From assembly GCF_036321535.1 (NCBI RefSeq), contig NC_087447.1, positions 37,326,001-37,390,000 of the forward strand: DNA of 64,000 nt, written 5' to 3'. A model generated the notes under the pieces. The model had not been told where the DNA came from, ran no database searches, and was given only the letters and a program-made list of their open reading frames with translations. This document shows, piece after piece, positions 48,286 through 59,389 of the stretch (the first letter of the stretch is position 1; each line of letters starts with the position of its first letter). The translations under genes were made by a program, and so were the position numbers. The DNA is from Camelus dromedarius (Eukaryota).

Positions 48286-48289
48286 CTCA

Positions 48290-48490
48290 GGTGTATTGGC
48301 TGTTAGTCCCAAGCCCTGTGTTAATAGAGTAAATTTATTAACTAACTTAAACATCACAATAACCCCATCAATTAGAGATTAGTTTCTCCTATTTGCAGAT
48401 GAAACAATTTAGCGATAGTTACACAGCAACAAATGACAAAATCAGGCTCCCGCCCCAGGCAGTGCGATTGCAAAATCCATGCCCTTCAAC
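48290..48490 (-). mobile_element. MIR SINE
   Basis: catcacaataacccc...tcctatttgcagatgaaac...cccaggcagtgcgattgcaaaatccatgccctt. Confidence 0.7.
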
Positions 48491-49169
48491 ACCATCTTCT
48501 ACTTCCTCCCTAGAGTCCTCTCTGGCACCCAGAGCTATATGATTCCAAAGCCACATGCCTGACCGTGGGATCTGTAACCACTCTGGAATGCAGGGAGGGG
48601 ACAGGTCCATGAGACAAGCAGGTGCTGGGAGCTGAACCTGAGGCTGGCATGGATTCGGGGATCACACCCCACCTCGTAGGCAGGAACATTCCAGAGCAAG
48701 GAGGAGATGAGCATGGAAGTTAGGCTGAGGAAGTGACCTGCTCTGACCAAATAAACCAAGAGGGTAAAAGGATCCCTGAGAGAGAGCAGAAACCCACCGT
48801 GCGCCCCAGGTCCCTGAGCTCGGGGAACCACCCACACTTCTGCCACTAGCAGCATCTGAGCAGAAGCACTGCTCCAGCCACACTCAGGACAAGTTAACAG
48901 GTCCTCTGTTAGTTCTCAGGCCGGGAGGGATTGACAGCAGACACCTGGGCCAGATCCCTTCTCCACACCCCCTCCTCTTCTTCAGATCATACCTGGCACG
49001 GAATGTTCACCCCAGAACTGCCAGCCCTGAACACGATGCTGCTGACGGGGCCCTGCTAAGTCAGTCCACTTCCCAAGGTCTTGATCCCCTCATTCCCCAT
49101 CAACAATAAGCCCATGCTGGGGGGAAACCAGTGACTTATACCAGGCCTGGAATCTCTCTCCCCTTTTCT

Positions 49170-49425
49170 CCCCTTGCAAGACTTTTGCACTCCCTCCATG
49201 ATCCATGTCAATGATCACATCCCCTGTGAAATATTCCTCTACACCAGGACCCCAGTACTTCATACACCCTGCAATTAGGGCAGCAACCAAACTGCTTTGC
49301 TTTTTGGAGGGCTTCAATCACTTTTGGACTAACTCATCGATAGCCAGGAACTTATCTTGTTGCTCTTTGCATCCCCTGTATTGCCTATCCAGTGCCTGAC
49401 TTACAGTAGGGGCTCAGTAAATATG
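49170..49425 (+). mobile_element. L2 3' end
   Basis: ctctttgcatcccctgtattgcctatccagtgcctgacttacagtaggggctcagtaaatatg. Confidence 0.8.
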
Positions 49426-49575
49426 GAAGGAAGAAAGGAAGGAGGGAGGGAGACAAAGAAAAAAGATTGCAAGGGAGGAAATGAAGGGAGCAGGGAAGGG
49501 AGAAGGGATGAAAAAACAGAAGAAACGAAAGAAGGAAGGAAGGAAGGAAGGAGGGAAGGACTGGAGGAAAGAAAA
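49425..49575 (+). repeat. Degenerate (GGAA)n purine tract, L2 tail-derived
   Basis: gaaggaaggaaggaaggaaggagggaagg. Confidence 0.85.
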
Positions 49576-51289
49576 ACAGGCTTAGGCGTTTAGTATGCCA
49601 GACCTCTGACCTTACCTAAGCCCAGCCTCCAAATTGTGCAAACTTCAGTTTCCTATACAGAGCCCAGAGAAATCTGGCCTTGTGTTCATTTCCATAGATT
49701 TAGAGTCCAAAGGGAGCCCATCTCTCAGGATTTCTTACCAACCAGGGAGCTGAAGGGAGTTCCTAGAGTTAAAAAAGGAGGCAGCTGGTGGAGAAAAGGA
49801 CACGGAATTTTAAGTTCTGGGATTTATATTCCAGGCCTGGACATTTTTCTTTGGATTTATCCCTGCAGCTCAGCGTCCCTCTCTATAAAATGGGAAGGCT
49901 CTCATCTCCTTCCAGGGAGCGTTGTGAGGATGCAAATAACAACACAAAGCATGTGAAAGGGTGCTGTGGATGGGAGCGTGCCATGTGGATGTTGTCCCTT
50001 ATTCCAGAGTGTCCACACCGAGTCAGGCTCTACTGGGGGCAGAGTGACTTATACCCCTCTGCCCCCAAGGGAATCCAGCACGAGGCCACCACCAGCCTTC
50101 TCCAGTGCCCATCTCCCCACGCCTCCCCATGTCGGCCTCAGATGAGGCAGCCTGCCCAAAGTGCATTTTATGTAGCTCCTGGAACTCACCTCAGCTGACC
50201 AAGAAGGAGAAAGAAGGCAGAAGAAGGAGGAGACACAGCATCTGTGAAAGCCTGCTGGGGCGAGCCACTCTAGAATGGCTCTTCCCGAGCTCTGCAGAGG
50301 CCTTGCCACCCAGGAAAATGCCGGAAAAATGCCGGCTAATTTCAGAGGCTCCACGTTGGTGGGCCAACAGCCCAGGGAGAATGAGCAATTATGATTTCCA
50401 TCTAAGCAACATATGCTGTTTGCTGGCCTCTTTCGAACAGCTGTAGGTTAGATGCTGTTAAGATTAGTCTCCTTCTCTCCTCCGTATTTCAGAATTCAAA
50501 TTAAACTAAAATAACAGCACCTGCTGAACAAAAACCCCATTGGAAATGTGTCCTCGTACACAATTACTGCAGGGAGGCTGGTCACCATTGTTACCCGCCT
50601 ATTCTTCCTGAATGGGAACGGCAGCGAAGTTTCCCAGGCAGCTGCAGCAATTCAATTGTATAACTGGAGCTGGCCCCGCGCCAACCCTCAAGAACTCAAG
50701 TGGCACCAAAAGATACTATATTGATTTGCAATCGAACATAATAGGCCATCAGCTTAATTATTACTGAAGTGACAAGGTTCTGGGTATTTCATATTTATAT
50801 TTCAGGGCCTGTGAAGGATGAATGTAAATCTTTTAAATGCACGGATTTGCATATCTTCAGAAGGGTTGAGTGCTCTTATTACATTCATAGCCGTTGAAAG
50901 ACCAAAAGGACTGGCTATTGAACTCAGGTTGCCAGATCCCACCGGCATTTGCTTGGATGAAAAGACAAAAGGCATAAAAAATGGAAATTGCTTTTAGTCC
51001 GAAAAAAGCCAAAAAAAAAAAAGAAGCCTACTACTCAACTGCATCAAGCTCAGACCTCTTTGGGGCCTTTGAGAGCAGATTAGTTATGGGTCTTATTGAG
51101 ACAGAGGCATTTGGTCATTGAGAAATGAAACCAATGACTTCTTGGATCCATGAGGCTTCCTCTGCTCTCTCCTTCCAGCCTGTTCTTGACTCCTGCAGGT
51201 CTGGAGAACCTTAGGAACTGCTGAGAGATGGGCGAGGGAGGACTAGAAAGAGACAGAAGTTCACTCTCCAGGTAATGACTACACATACT

Positions 51290-52100
51290 GAGACCAAAGA
51301 TGCAAAGAGAAATGGTCTCATCTTAAACCCATTATCATCATCAACCCTCCTTTCCACACCCTTTCTGTGGGGAGCACTCACTCTAGCAAGAAATTTTAGA
51401 AACCATTCCAAATTTTCCCTCTTACTCTCTAGATCCAATAAGTCATTGAATTTTATAGATTCTTCCTCCTAAGTCCTCCTTGATTTTTGCTCTCTGTCCC
51501 CTTTCAGTCCTGCTACCTCTGCCTTCTATCAGGTCTCAAGACAGAGCCTGGACTCATGAGATTTCCCTATTGCATCTTTCTGCCTCCATCTTACTGAATC
51601 CCAGTCCACTCTCCATCCTGCCATCAGAGGGCCTTTCTGAAAAGTCTGGAAACATGTGGTTCTCCTGCCTAAAACCCTTCACTGGAACCCATAGGATAAG
51701 TCAACTCTCTCCACAGTCAGGCTTCAGCCCTCAAGCCAGCCAACTATTCCCTAGTTCCATACTCTTATCCTTTCCATGTGGTGTTTCAGTTCTCTTTGCC
51801 TGAATGCCTTCTTCTCCTTTTCAGTAAAGAAACAAGAACCATCTTCCAAGATCCACATGAAATCATTGCCTCCTACCTTACCTGGGCCCCCTCATCAGCA
51901 AGCCCATTTATTCCACCTTGTTCATCTGTGTGTTATAAAACTGATCACAGTGCCCTTTACTTAATTGTTTACATGTCTGTTACATGTCTGCTGCCTCCTC
52001 TCGGAGGGCCTCACAGTCAGAAAAGGTGCCTTTAAATCTCTTTATCCCCAGGACCTAGGTCAGGGCCTGGAATGCAGGAAGTATTTAGCAACTGTTAGTT
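51290..52100 (+). mobile_element. L2 fragment(s)
   Basis: tccaataagtcattgaatt...ccactctccatcctgccatcagagg...ctcctgcctaaaacccttcactgg...tctttatccccaggacctagg. Confidence 0.75.
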
Positions 52101-52569
52101 GAGTCTTTATCCCCAGGGAACATTTGCCATATACTGAACATCTATTATTTGTGAGATTTGTTCCAGGCACTGAACCAAAGTGGCCCTTGCCGTATGGGAA
52201 CCCAAGGCCTAGGACCAAGACACTGCTGTCAGCACTGCCGCCTCTGCTAATGGCCAAAGGAATAGCTAGATATCAAGCATTCTCAAAACACAGATCAGCA
52301 GATTTGTGGCCTGGCGTGTTTGTAAGAAAGCAGAACTAGAACCTAATCTGAAACCCTGAAAGCCTGTCATTGAAGAGGAAGAGCTATCTCAATTTACCTA
52401 TTCTGATCTTCATATTTTATGATGAGCAAACCGAGAGCAAAAAGGTTAAGACTTCTAAGTTTACAAGAGTAGTAGGAATTCTGACTCCTAAATCCATGTT
52501 CCTTTCCATTCTGTATTATGAGAAGGACATGATTAGACACGGAGTAGGAGAAAATTCTAGAGGGTGGCT

Positions 52570-52715
52570 CTGATCACCCCCACCATCCTCAGCAACATCA
52601 GTATCACCACCCCTGCCCTCAGCCCCAACACCACTTTTGTCACCACAGCTGTCTGTATTTCCCTGATGGTCCTCCAGACCCACTCCTGCCATCATTCCCA
52701 ACACCACGATCCACA
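52570..52715. repeat. C/A-rich (CAC/CAT) low-complexity tract
   Basis: atcacccccaccatcctcagcaacatcagtatcaccacc... Confidence 0.55.
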
Positions 52716-53849
52716 CCAGAGAGGCCTCTGGGTTGAGGGAAAAATGGAAAGAGAAGGTGTTTTGTTCTTGTTTCCATCATCTTTACCACTTTTATTACTG
52801 CCTCTGTTCTACTCCATCTTCCTGGACCATCTGGACAGTTCCTGTCCTTTTATATCCTGGGCTCTGGCACTGCCAAGGGGCCGTTGTGATAACCTCCCCA
52901 CTCCAGGGAGCATTTGCAGTCCCTTGAACTAGAAGCTGTTTCCAAGGTAGCTAGATCAAAGAGGATCCAAGAAAGAAAAAAAAAGAGAGAGAGAAGAAGA
53001 GAGAGAGCTTTGCAAAATTTGGGAAACTAGAATTCTCTCTACATAGATAATGGGGCAATAGGAGTTAAGATCTAATAATTCTTGAAGGCTCAGGGATTCT
53101 GAAGAGGGAGACAACCAGCTTTACTCAGATCAGGGAACCCTGAGAAGTTGTCCAGGACAGAATGGGATCCCTCTTTTTGACTCTTAAGTTCCCCATTGCT
53201 ATTTCCAACCTCTGCCTTTTTGGGGGACCCCACTTAGACACGCTTCTTTGGCTTATATCCTCTGGGAAATGCCCAGAACTTCCAACTGCATCACCCTGGA
53301 GAGAAATCCTGGGCTGGCAAAGACCCAATCCCTAGAGCCCTCAGCAGCAGCATCCCCACAGCAGCCACTCCTGCCAGGCTGAGCACAAAGGGAGGCATTA
53401 TCCTGCGAGGAGCAGAGGAGGCGCGGAGGACACCTGCTCAGGCAATTCTGCGATAAAAGGAAGTGAGGCTGGAAATTGGACAATTGTTACTAAGTAGCTG
53501 AGGACCCAGCTGAGTGTGGTTTTCTTTAATAAGGATGATAGAAGCCAGCTTTAAAGGCAGATGGAGATTTTCCAGAATCTAGGGTTTCACCAGGAAGAGC
53601 AGGAGAGAAAGGTAGACCCAGAAAAGGACATCTCTTTTCATCCTTGTGAAGAGGAAGGTGGAGTGAGGGTCTTTCTTACAGGCTTCGGAACTATTTCACA
53701 TGGGTCAGTATTGTTGAAGGCATAGTCTGTATCCTAGGGAGGCAGTGATTCCTAAGACTGGGTGTGGGCTCCCTGTGAATTAGCTACAAAGGACCAGACT
53801 CCTTTCTTCTCTCTGCTTCCTAGGCTGGGAGCCTGTGGGATTATAGCAA

Positions 53850-53950
53850 AGTTAGTATATGTGGATTACAAAACATTTGACAAAGTCTTTCTTTTTATCC
53901 TCTTAGAAAAGATGGATGATAAGGTAATTAGATGAATTTAGCATTAGTTA
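53850..53950 (+). mobile_element. CR1/L3 LINE reverse-transcriptase remnant
   Basis: gtatatgtggattacaaaacatttgacaaagtc...atcctcttagaaaagatgg resembles CR1 VYLDFSKAFDKVSHDIL..KM. Confidence 0.6.
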
Positions 53951-53954
53951 GTAC

Positions 53955-54120
53955 CTACAATTTACTGTTTACCATGTGCCAAGTACAATACTGGGTTTTC
54001 CATACATGATACCATTAAGCCATGTCACTGCCTCTTTACAGATGAGGACAGTGGGGCTCAGAGAGGTTTGGTAAAAGCAGGGCAGCCTGGATAGATCTGT
54101 GCCCCCGTGTTCTATAATGT
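53955..54120 (-). mobile_element. MIR SINE
   Basis: tttaccatgtgccaagtac...tttacagatgaggacagtggggctcagagaggtt. Confidence 0.8.
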
Positions 54121-55946
54121 TGTCTCCAGATTAGATTGAGAGCCTGCCCACACACAGTGCATGCTGTTCCACTTGTGCCTGGAGAGACACCAGTAAGCAC
54201 ACTCCTGGGCACAATCAAGGACTCTTCCAACTCTCACACTCCCATGGGCGTGTGCACGTGCACACGCACGTGCACACATACACTATGGGTACAAACGAGC
54301 TTCCACACCATAACCATCTACAGACGATCTTGCCCATTTTTACCTCCTGCCTTCATCTAATGCTTAGAGCTTCTCTCACTCGGCTGCTAAAGTCAGGGCA
54401 ATTATCTAACATCTCAGAAAAAGGCACTGATCACCTGTGATAACATTCTAAATTCTAGTGGGCTGAACAGTGTCCCAAGGGTGTGGCTGTGATGGATGAG
54501 GGTGAGGGAGCTGGGGCAATGAGGCCAGGCCCGGCCACCACCAGCTCTTCCACCCAGAGAACACTCAGCTATTGCCATGGGGTCCACGGGAAGTAAGGCA
54601 GGAAGACCCTGAGGGATCCACGGGCCAGGTCTGTGTGCAGGTGCCCAGCCTGGCCCTTTATTAGCAGTGTGACCTCAGCGGTCCCTGCATGTCTCCAAGC
54701 CCCAGTGCCCCCTGTATTAAGCTGGGGATAGACATTCCCATTGCACAGCATTGCTCTGAGGATCAGAAAGCCCTGAGCCAGGGCTGGTACTAAGTGCCTT
54801 TGCCTGAGCCATAGCAGGCCCAACCCAGTCTGCCAGGTTCCCATGCTGCCACCTTCTGATGCCAAAGCCATCACCATGGCAAGCTGCACCGCACCCTGTC
54901 AACAGCCCCAAGGGAGAAGGAGGTAGCAGCGTGTCGGGGGGGTTGAGACCCTCAGCTGCTCCTGGAGAAGCAGGGCTGACAAGGCGAGGATTGTTTTTCT
55001 CCCCTGGTGTGAAGCATGTTGACTTGCTGTTGATAGATGGTGGGAAGATATTAATTAAAATGCAGGCAGGTGTGAGGGCGCCTCTTCGAGCTGCACTCTC
55101 CCTGGGGGAGGGGAAGGTATCAAGGCTCTGTTTTGTACCCATAGCAGGAAGAGTGTCCTCTTGCCCTCTCCTTCCCCTTCTGAGAGTGGGTGTGACTTGG
55201 AGGAAAGGTCTGGATTTCCCTGTCACTGAAAGAAGCAGGTCACAGGCACACTGGGCTCCAGGTGGAAGCAGCCAAAAGCTCCCATCCTGATGGGCAGGGT
55301 TCTGCCTTTGGAGAAACTGCTCAAGGGAGCACTTGCCTTCTCTGCTCTCTGCCAGCTCTTCTTCTGGCTCCAACAGGCAGGACTGGGGTGCAGAGGACTT
55401 CCTGAGAGGGAAGAGTCCAATGGCCAAAGGCAGAGGCCCAAGGGGAAAGCTGAGGTGCAAACACCTCGAATGATAGTGCAAGGTCTAGGTCCAGAGATTC
55501 AGGGGCTGGATTTTGAAGCTGGGAGAACCCGTGACCAGAGCAAAAGCAGAACAGGAACCAGAAAGCTGAGTGCAGAGTGGTTGCTGCCTGCAGCCACGGG
55601 GCATGCTCAGCTCACCTAGGGGGTCAGTAGGTTCCTCATGCCTGGGCCAAGATGGACTGCAAGAGACACAGATGAGTTTCCCTTTGATTCTCCTTCTTGC
55701 CTCTTCCGGCAACAATAAGAAATGACTCCTGAGGGCTCCTAGTTCTGAGGTGCTAGTATTGGAGATGAGAGAAATTATTAAGGATCTCAGATTTCGGGTG
55801 ACATTACTGTCATAGTAGAACTGAGGTTCAAACACTTATTTCTGCAAACTAGAGCCCAGAGCCACTCCATTTTCTTAAGCTTTATTTGAACAGGAGTCAA
55901 TCAGACTTCCCAAGAGTAAATCCCTCCATTGCCCTACCTCTGTGGA

Positions 55947-55952
<6 letters not shown>

Positions 55953-55978
<26 letters not shown>

Positions 55979-55979
55979 A
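55953..55979 (+). repeat. Poly(A) run (A27)
   Basis: Directly visible; no recognisable element body upstream. Confidence 0.95.
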
Positions 55980-56759
55980 GTGGAAGGGAAGAAGAGTAGA
56001 TAACGGGGAAAAGCAGTGGCTCAGGACTTGTTGGTACCTGGGCTTAGAATTCTAACCACAAAGTTTAATCTCCAACTTTCTGGGGCTTTGTTTATGGATT
56101 TGTAGAATGAATGAGATTAGGAAATGTCCCACTGTCCCTTCCTCCCTCCCTTTCTTCTTTCTTTCCTTCTTTCTCAACTTTCTTTCCTCCCCCAGGAATA
56201 ATTTGACAATCGCATTTGGGGTTCTTAAATATGTGTAATAATTTCTCTACCATCTGACCTGTAAATAACAACTTTAATGAGGATTGTTGGAAACCATTCC
56301 CCAGGGATAATAATGAATTATAATGAAAATTGAACCAAACTCCTACAGGCCTAATAGCTAGAACTGAGGGTTATTTTGGAGATGTTGAAGAAAAGACAGG
56401 GTGAAGCCAAAAGGAAATTTCAGTAGACTCAAGTCCTCTCCTGTGTGCTCTGTCTCAACTAGTGACAAATTTCTTGAGTCTCAAGAGATCAAATTCCTTC
56501 TCCCAGTCACACATGAGGATGTCTCATATCCTTAGACTATAATTGAGATTATTACTCCAGACTATGCTTCTGGAAAGAAAACAGTCAATGCAAACAAGCA
56601 GAAAGATGTTTCCAAATATGGTTTTAACCTCAACCTTTTGCTGGGAGACCCTGCTGTCTCTTCTGTTCATTTCCACCTCCCAGGTCAGGTTTTATTACTG
56701 TATTTTAACTAACTAATGGAAGAAGACTAAACAAAGCAAGGAAAAGCTCGTAATTTTTT

Positions 56760-57042
56760 GCCCATAAAAGCTCTGAAAATAGAAAGTTTTTTTGTAGCTC
56801 CTTTGGTAGCAAAATGTGACCTAATCTGGGAGAAGATAGTCATCCTTATTTATCCCATTTAGAGATAGAATTCATACATTTTTATGCATTTGATCATGAT
56901 ATGTTGCCTCAAACCCTGCCAAAAATGTTATGTAACAAATGATGATATATGTCCTTTATTAACTTTCTAAAATAATTTTTTTTAAAAGGGAATTCTTAAT
57001 ATATCTGGTCCCAAGAGTGTAAGAAAAGGGATTTTGGATTTG
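56760..57042 (+). mobile_element. MER46C TcMar-Tigger MITE
   Basis: aaaagctctgaaaatagaaagttttt...tttggtagcaaaatgtgacct...ttatttatcccatttag...atctggtcccaagag...aagggattttgga. Confidence 0.85.
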
Positions 57043-57769
57043 AACTATGTGATCTTCAGAGAGAGAGTTACAGTGTTAGTGAGTTTCTGAGGAACAATAA
57101 ATAAGAAACCAAGTTCCAGTGTTAACTTTCACTAAAGAATCATCAGACCATATAAAAATATGGCTTTTTATAAATTGCAAAAGGCTTTCACTCTTATGTT
57201 TTAAACAATTCATTTAATAAGTCAGTAACCATCTATTTCAGATTATCAGATAGTCTGTCTTCCCGGAATTAAATGAGAAGGATTAAACTATATTGTGTAT
57301 ATGCTAATTAAAATATTGTAGTAGCTGTTGGGACTAATAATAATACAAACATCAGAAACAAAATTGGAGACAGTTGTTGCCTTGAGTTGTCCTGGAGAAA
57401 CTAACAGGAAAGCTGAGAATTTGTATTAATCCTTGAAAGAGTCAAACTTTTAGAGAAAAAGAAAAAAAAAATCAAACTATAGACAAGACCTGGAGCTAAG
57501 CCATAAAGGAGAGAAGGAAATCAGAGAAGTAGACCATAGTGGGTTCGACATATTCAAGAGCAGTCAGGTCTGAAGCTAATCTAGAGTGGTTTTCCCCTGA
57601 GAGTAGAGGCATGATTTGAATCACTTCCAGATTTAAGACTGGTTAGTTTTCCATCCAGTATCTCACCACAGTTTTGCTCTCAGCTACAATATAGTGCTCC
57701 AGGATCTTGTGCGTTTTACTAATTTTCAGTGGCTTCCAAAGAAAATACCATATGCCTCCCAGGTTTACT

Positions 57770-58750
57770 TCACATCTTCAAAAATTGATAGATTGAATAA
57801 ATACAGGCATATAAAAAGAATCACTAATTCAGATATAAGAGGATCATTTTTAAGGATCAAAACTAATATTCTCTTATGAAATACACACATTCCGTTAACC
57901 AAGAAGGAACTTTAAACTATCTATAATCCATGTTCTCGTTGAGATTCAAGAGAACAATGCATCTATCAAAGAAGATATGAGATCAGAAAAAAGTTTTTAC
58001 ATAAAAAGTGGTTATCAAACATAAAAAAAAACACAATGAAGTAGTGGATAGTTGTTTGAATACTGCAGAAAATTAAACCAACTGAAAAAAGAAATTATCC
58101 CAGAATTTAGAAGTTAAAGCAGATGAAAATATTGAGCAAAAAAGATGATAGAAGTAAAGTCTAGGTCCAGGAGATATAACCTGTTTGTTACAGATGGAAT
58201 GTTCGTGTACCCCAAAAATCCATTATGTTGAAGCCTAATCTCCAACATGATGGTGTTAGGATGTGGGGCCTTTGGGTGGGGATTAGGTCATGATGGCAGA
58301 GCCCTCACGATTGGGATTAGTTCCCTTATAAGAGACCCTGAGAGCTCCCTCATCCCTTCTGTTGTGTTAAGACACAGTGAAAAGATGGTCATCTATGAAC
58401 TAGGAAGAGAACCCTGAATAGATATCAAATCTTCCAACACTTCATTTAATCTTGGACTTTGAGCATCCAAATCTATGAGAAGCAAATTTCTGCTGTTCAT
58501 AAGTCACTCAGTCGATAGTATTTTGTTATAGCAGCCCAAATGGACTAAGGCATCATTTATAATAGGATTTCAGAAAGTGAGACAAAGCAGATGGAAGAGC
58601 AAAGAAATGATAATTTCCTTACACAGAGGAAAAATTTAGATCTGCAGACCAAATCCCTGATTGAGCACCCAGGTAGAACTGATAAAAGGAGATATGCTCT
58701 AAGGTATATCCTGCTAATATATTTGAATTTCCAGAAAAAAAAACTGAAGA
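57770..58750 (+). mobile_element. Decayed L1/HAL1 ORF1 region, interrupted by MLT1A
   Basis: A-rich; gagattcaagagaacaatgcatctatcaaagaa...tccaggagatataac...ataggatttcagaaag...aggtatatcctg. Confidence 0.65.
58186..58552 (+). mobile_element. MLT1A solo LTR (MaLR)
   Basis: tgttacagatggaatgttcgtgtaccccaaaa...ggggcctttggg...tattttgttatagcagcccaaatggactaaggca. Confidence 0.92.
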
Positions 58751-58769
58751 TTTCTAATTAAAAAAAAAA

Positions 58770-59305
58770 AAGGCAGATTGAACACATACATTTAGTTTTA
58801 CTTCCTCTTGAAATCTCACTAAAATGAGAGTCAAATAATGTTTAAAGACAAAAATTGAAAATGGCAAAAAAAAAAAAAAAAAAAGGCAGTAAGGAAAATA
58901 ATAGCAACAAAATTTGGGAAGCTGAGAAGTAGATGGATGAGTGTAGCTGACACAGCCAGCTGAGGAAAGCAGGACCCTAACTGCCAGGAGGGAAAGTCGG
59001 GAAGAATGCAGTTTATATCAGAGAACACTCTACACTTTCAAGAATCAGTAGCCCCAGTTCCTTATGGGATTTGGGTGGATGATGTTAAGAAGAGACTAAA
59101 ATAAGGACTGAATAAGTTTTGTTGAGAATTCAAACAGCAGTTAAACATACTATTTAAAGTTATGGAGCACATTTCTTAAAATCAGCTAAAAAACTTGGAA
59201 GTGGTTGCCTTTGTTTAGCAGAAAATGGGAGAGGGATGGGGATTATATTATTTTGTTATGTTTTAGGTTACAAGTCTATTTACATGACAAGCCTTGTAGA
59301 AGACA
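58770..59305 (+). mobile_element. Old L1/HAL1 5'-end-like and 3'-end-like fragments
   Basis: ggcagattgaacacatacattt...tcactaaaatga (5'-like); aagtggttgcct...acaagccttgtagaa (3'-like). Confidence 0.5.
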
Positions 59306-59389
59306 CTAGAGAACTAGTCTCTGTCTCATGGCTGCTAGGATTTACGGATGGGGACGAGGTAGGGGACTCACTAGGTAATGCTTGTGTGC

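Noticed and set aside
54844..54859. CTCF-like motif (tcagaaggtggcagca on minus)
   Set aside because: Single imperfect match, expected by chance in 64 kb without binding data.
55011..55030. Possible p53 response element
   Set aside because: The CWWG cores are 8 bp apart rather than 10 and the flanks mismatch.
54717..55481. Longest ORF (254 aa, minus strand) and overlapping ORFs
   Set aside because: No recognisable domain; composition typical of chance frames in GC-rich DNA; no exon support.
55941..55985. A27 as an orphan retrotransposed tail
   Set aside because: Only a 5-bp flanking repeat (gtgga) and no element body; slippage explains it equally well.
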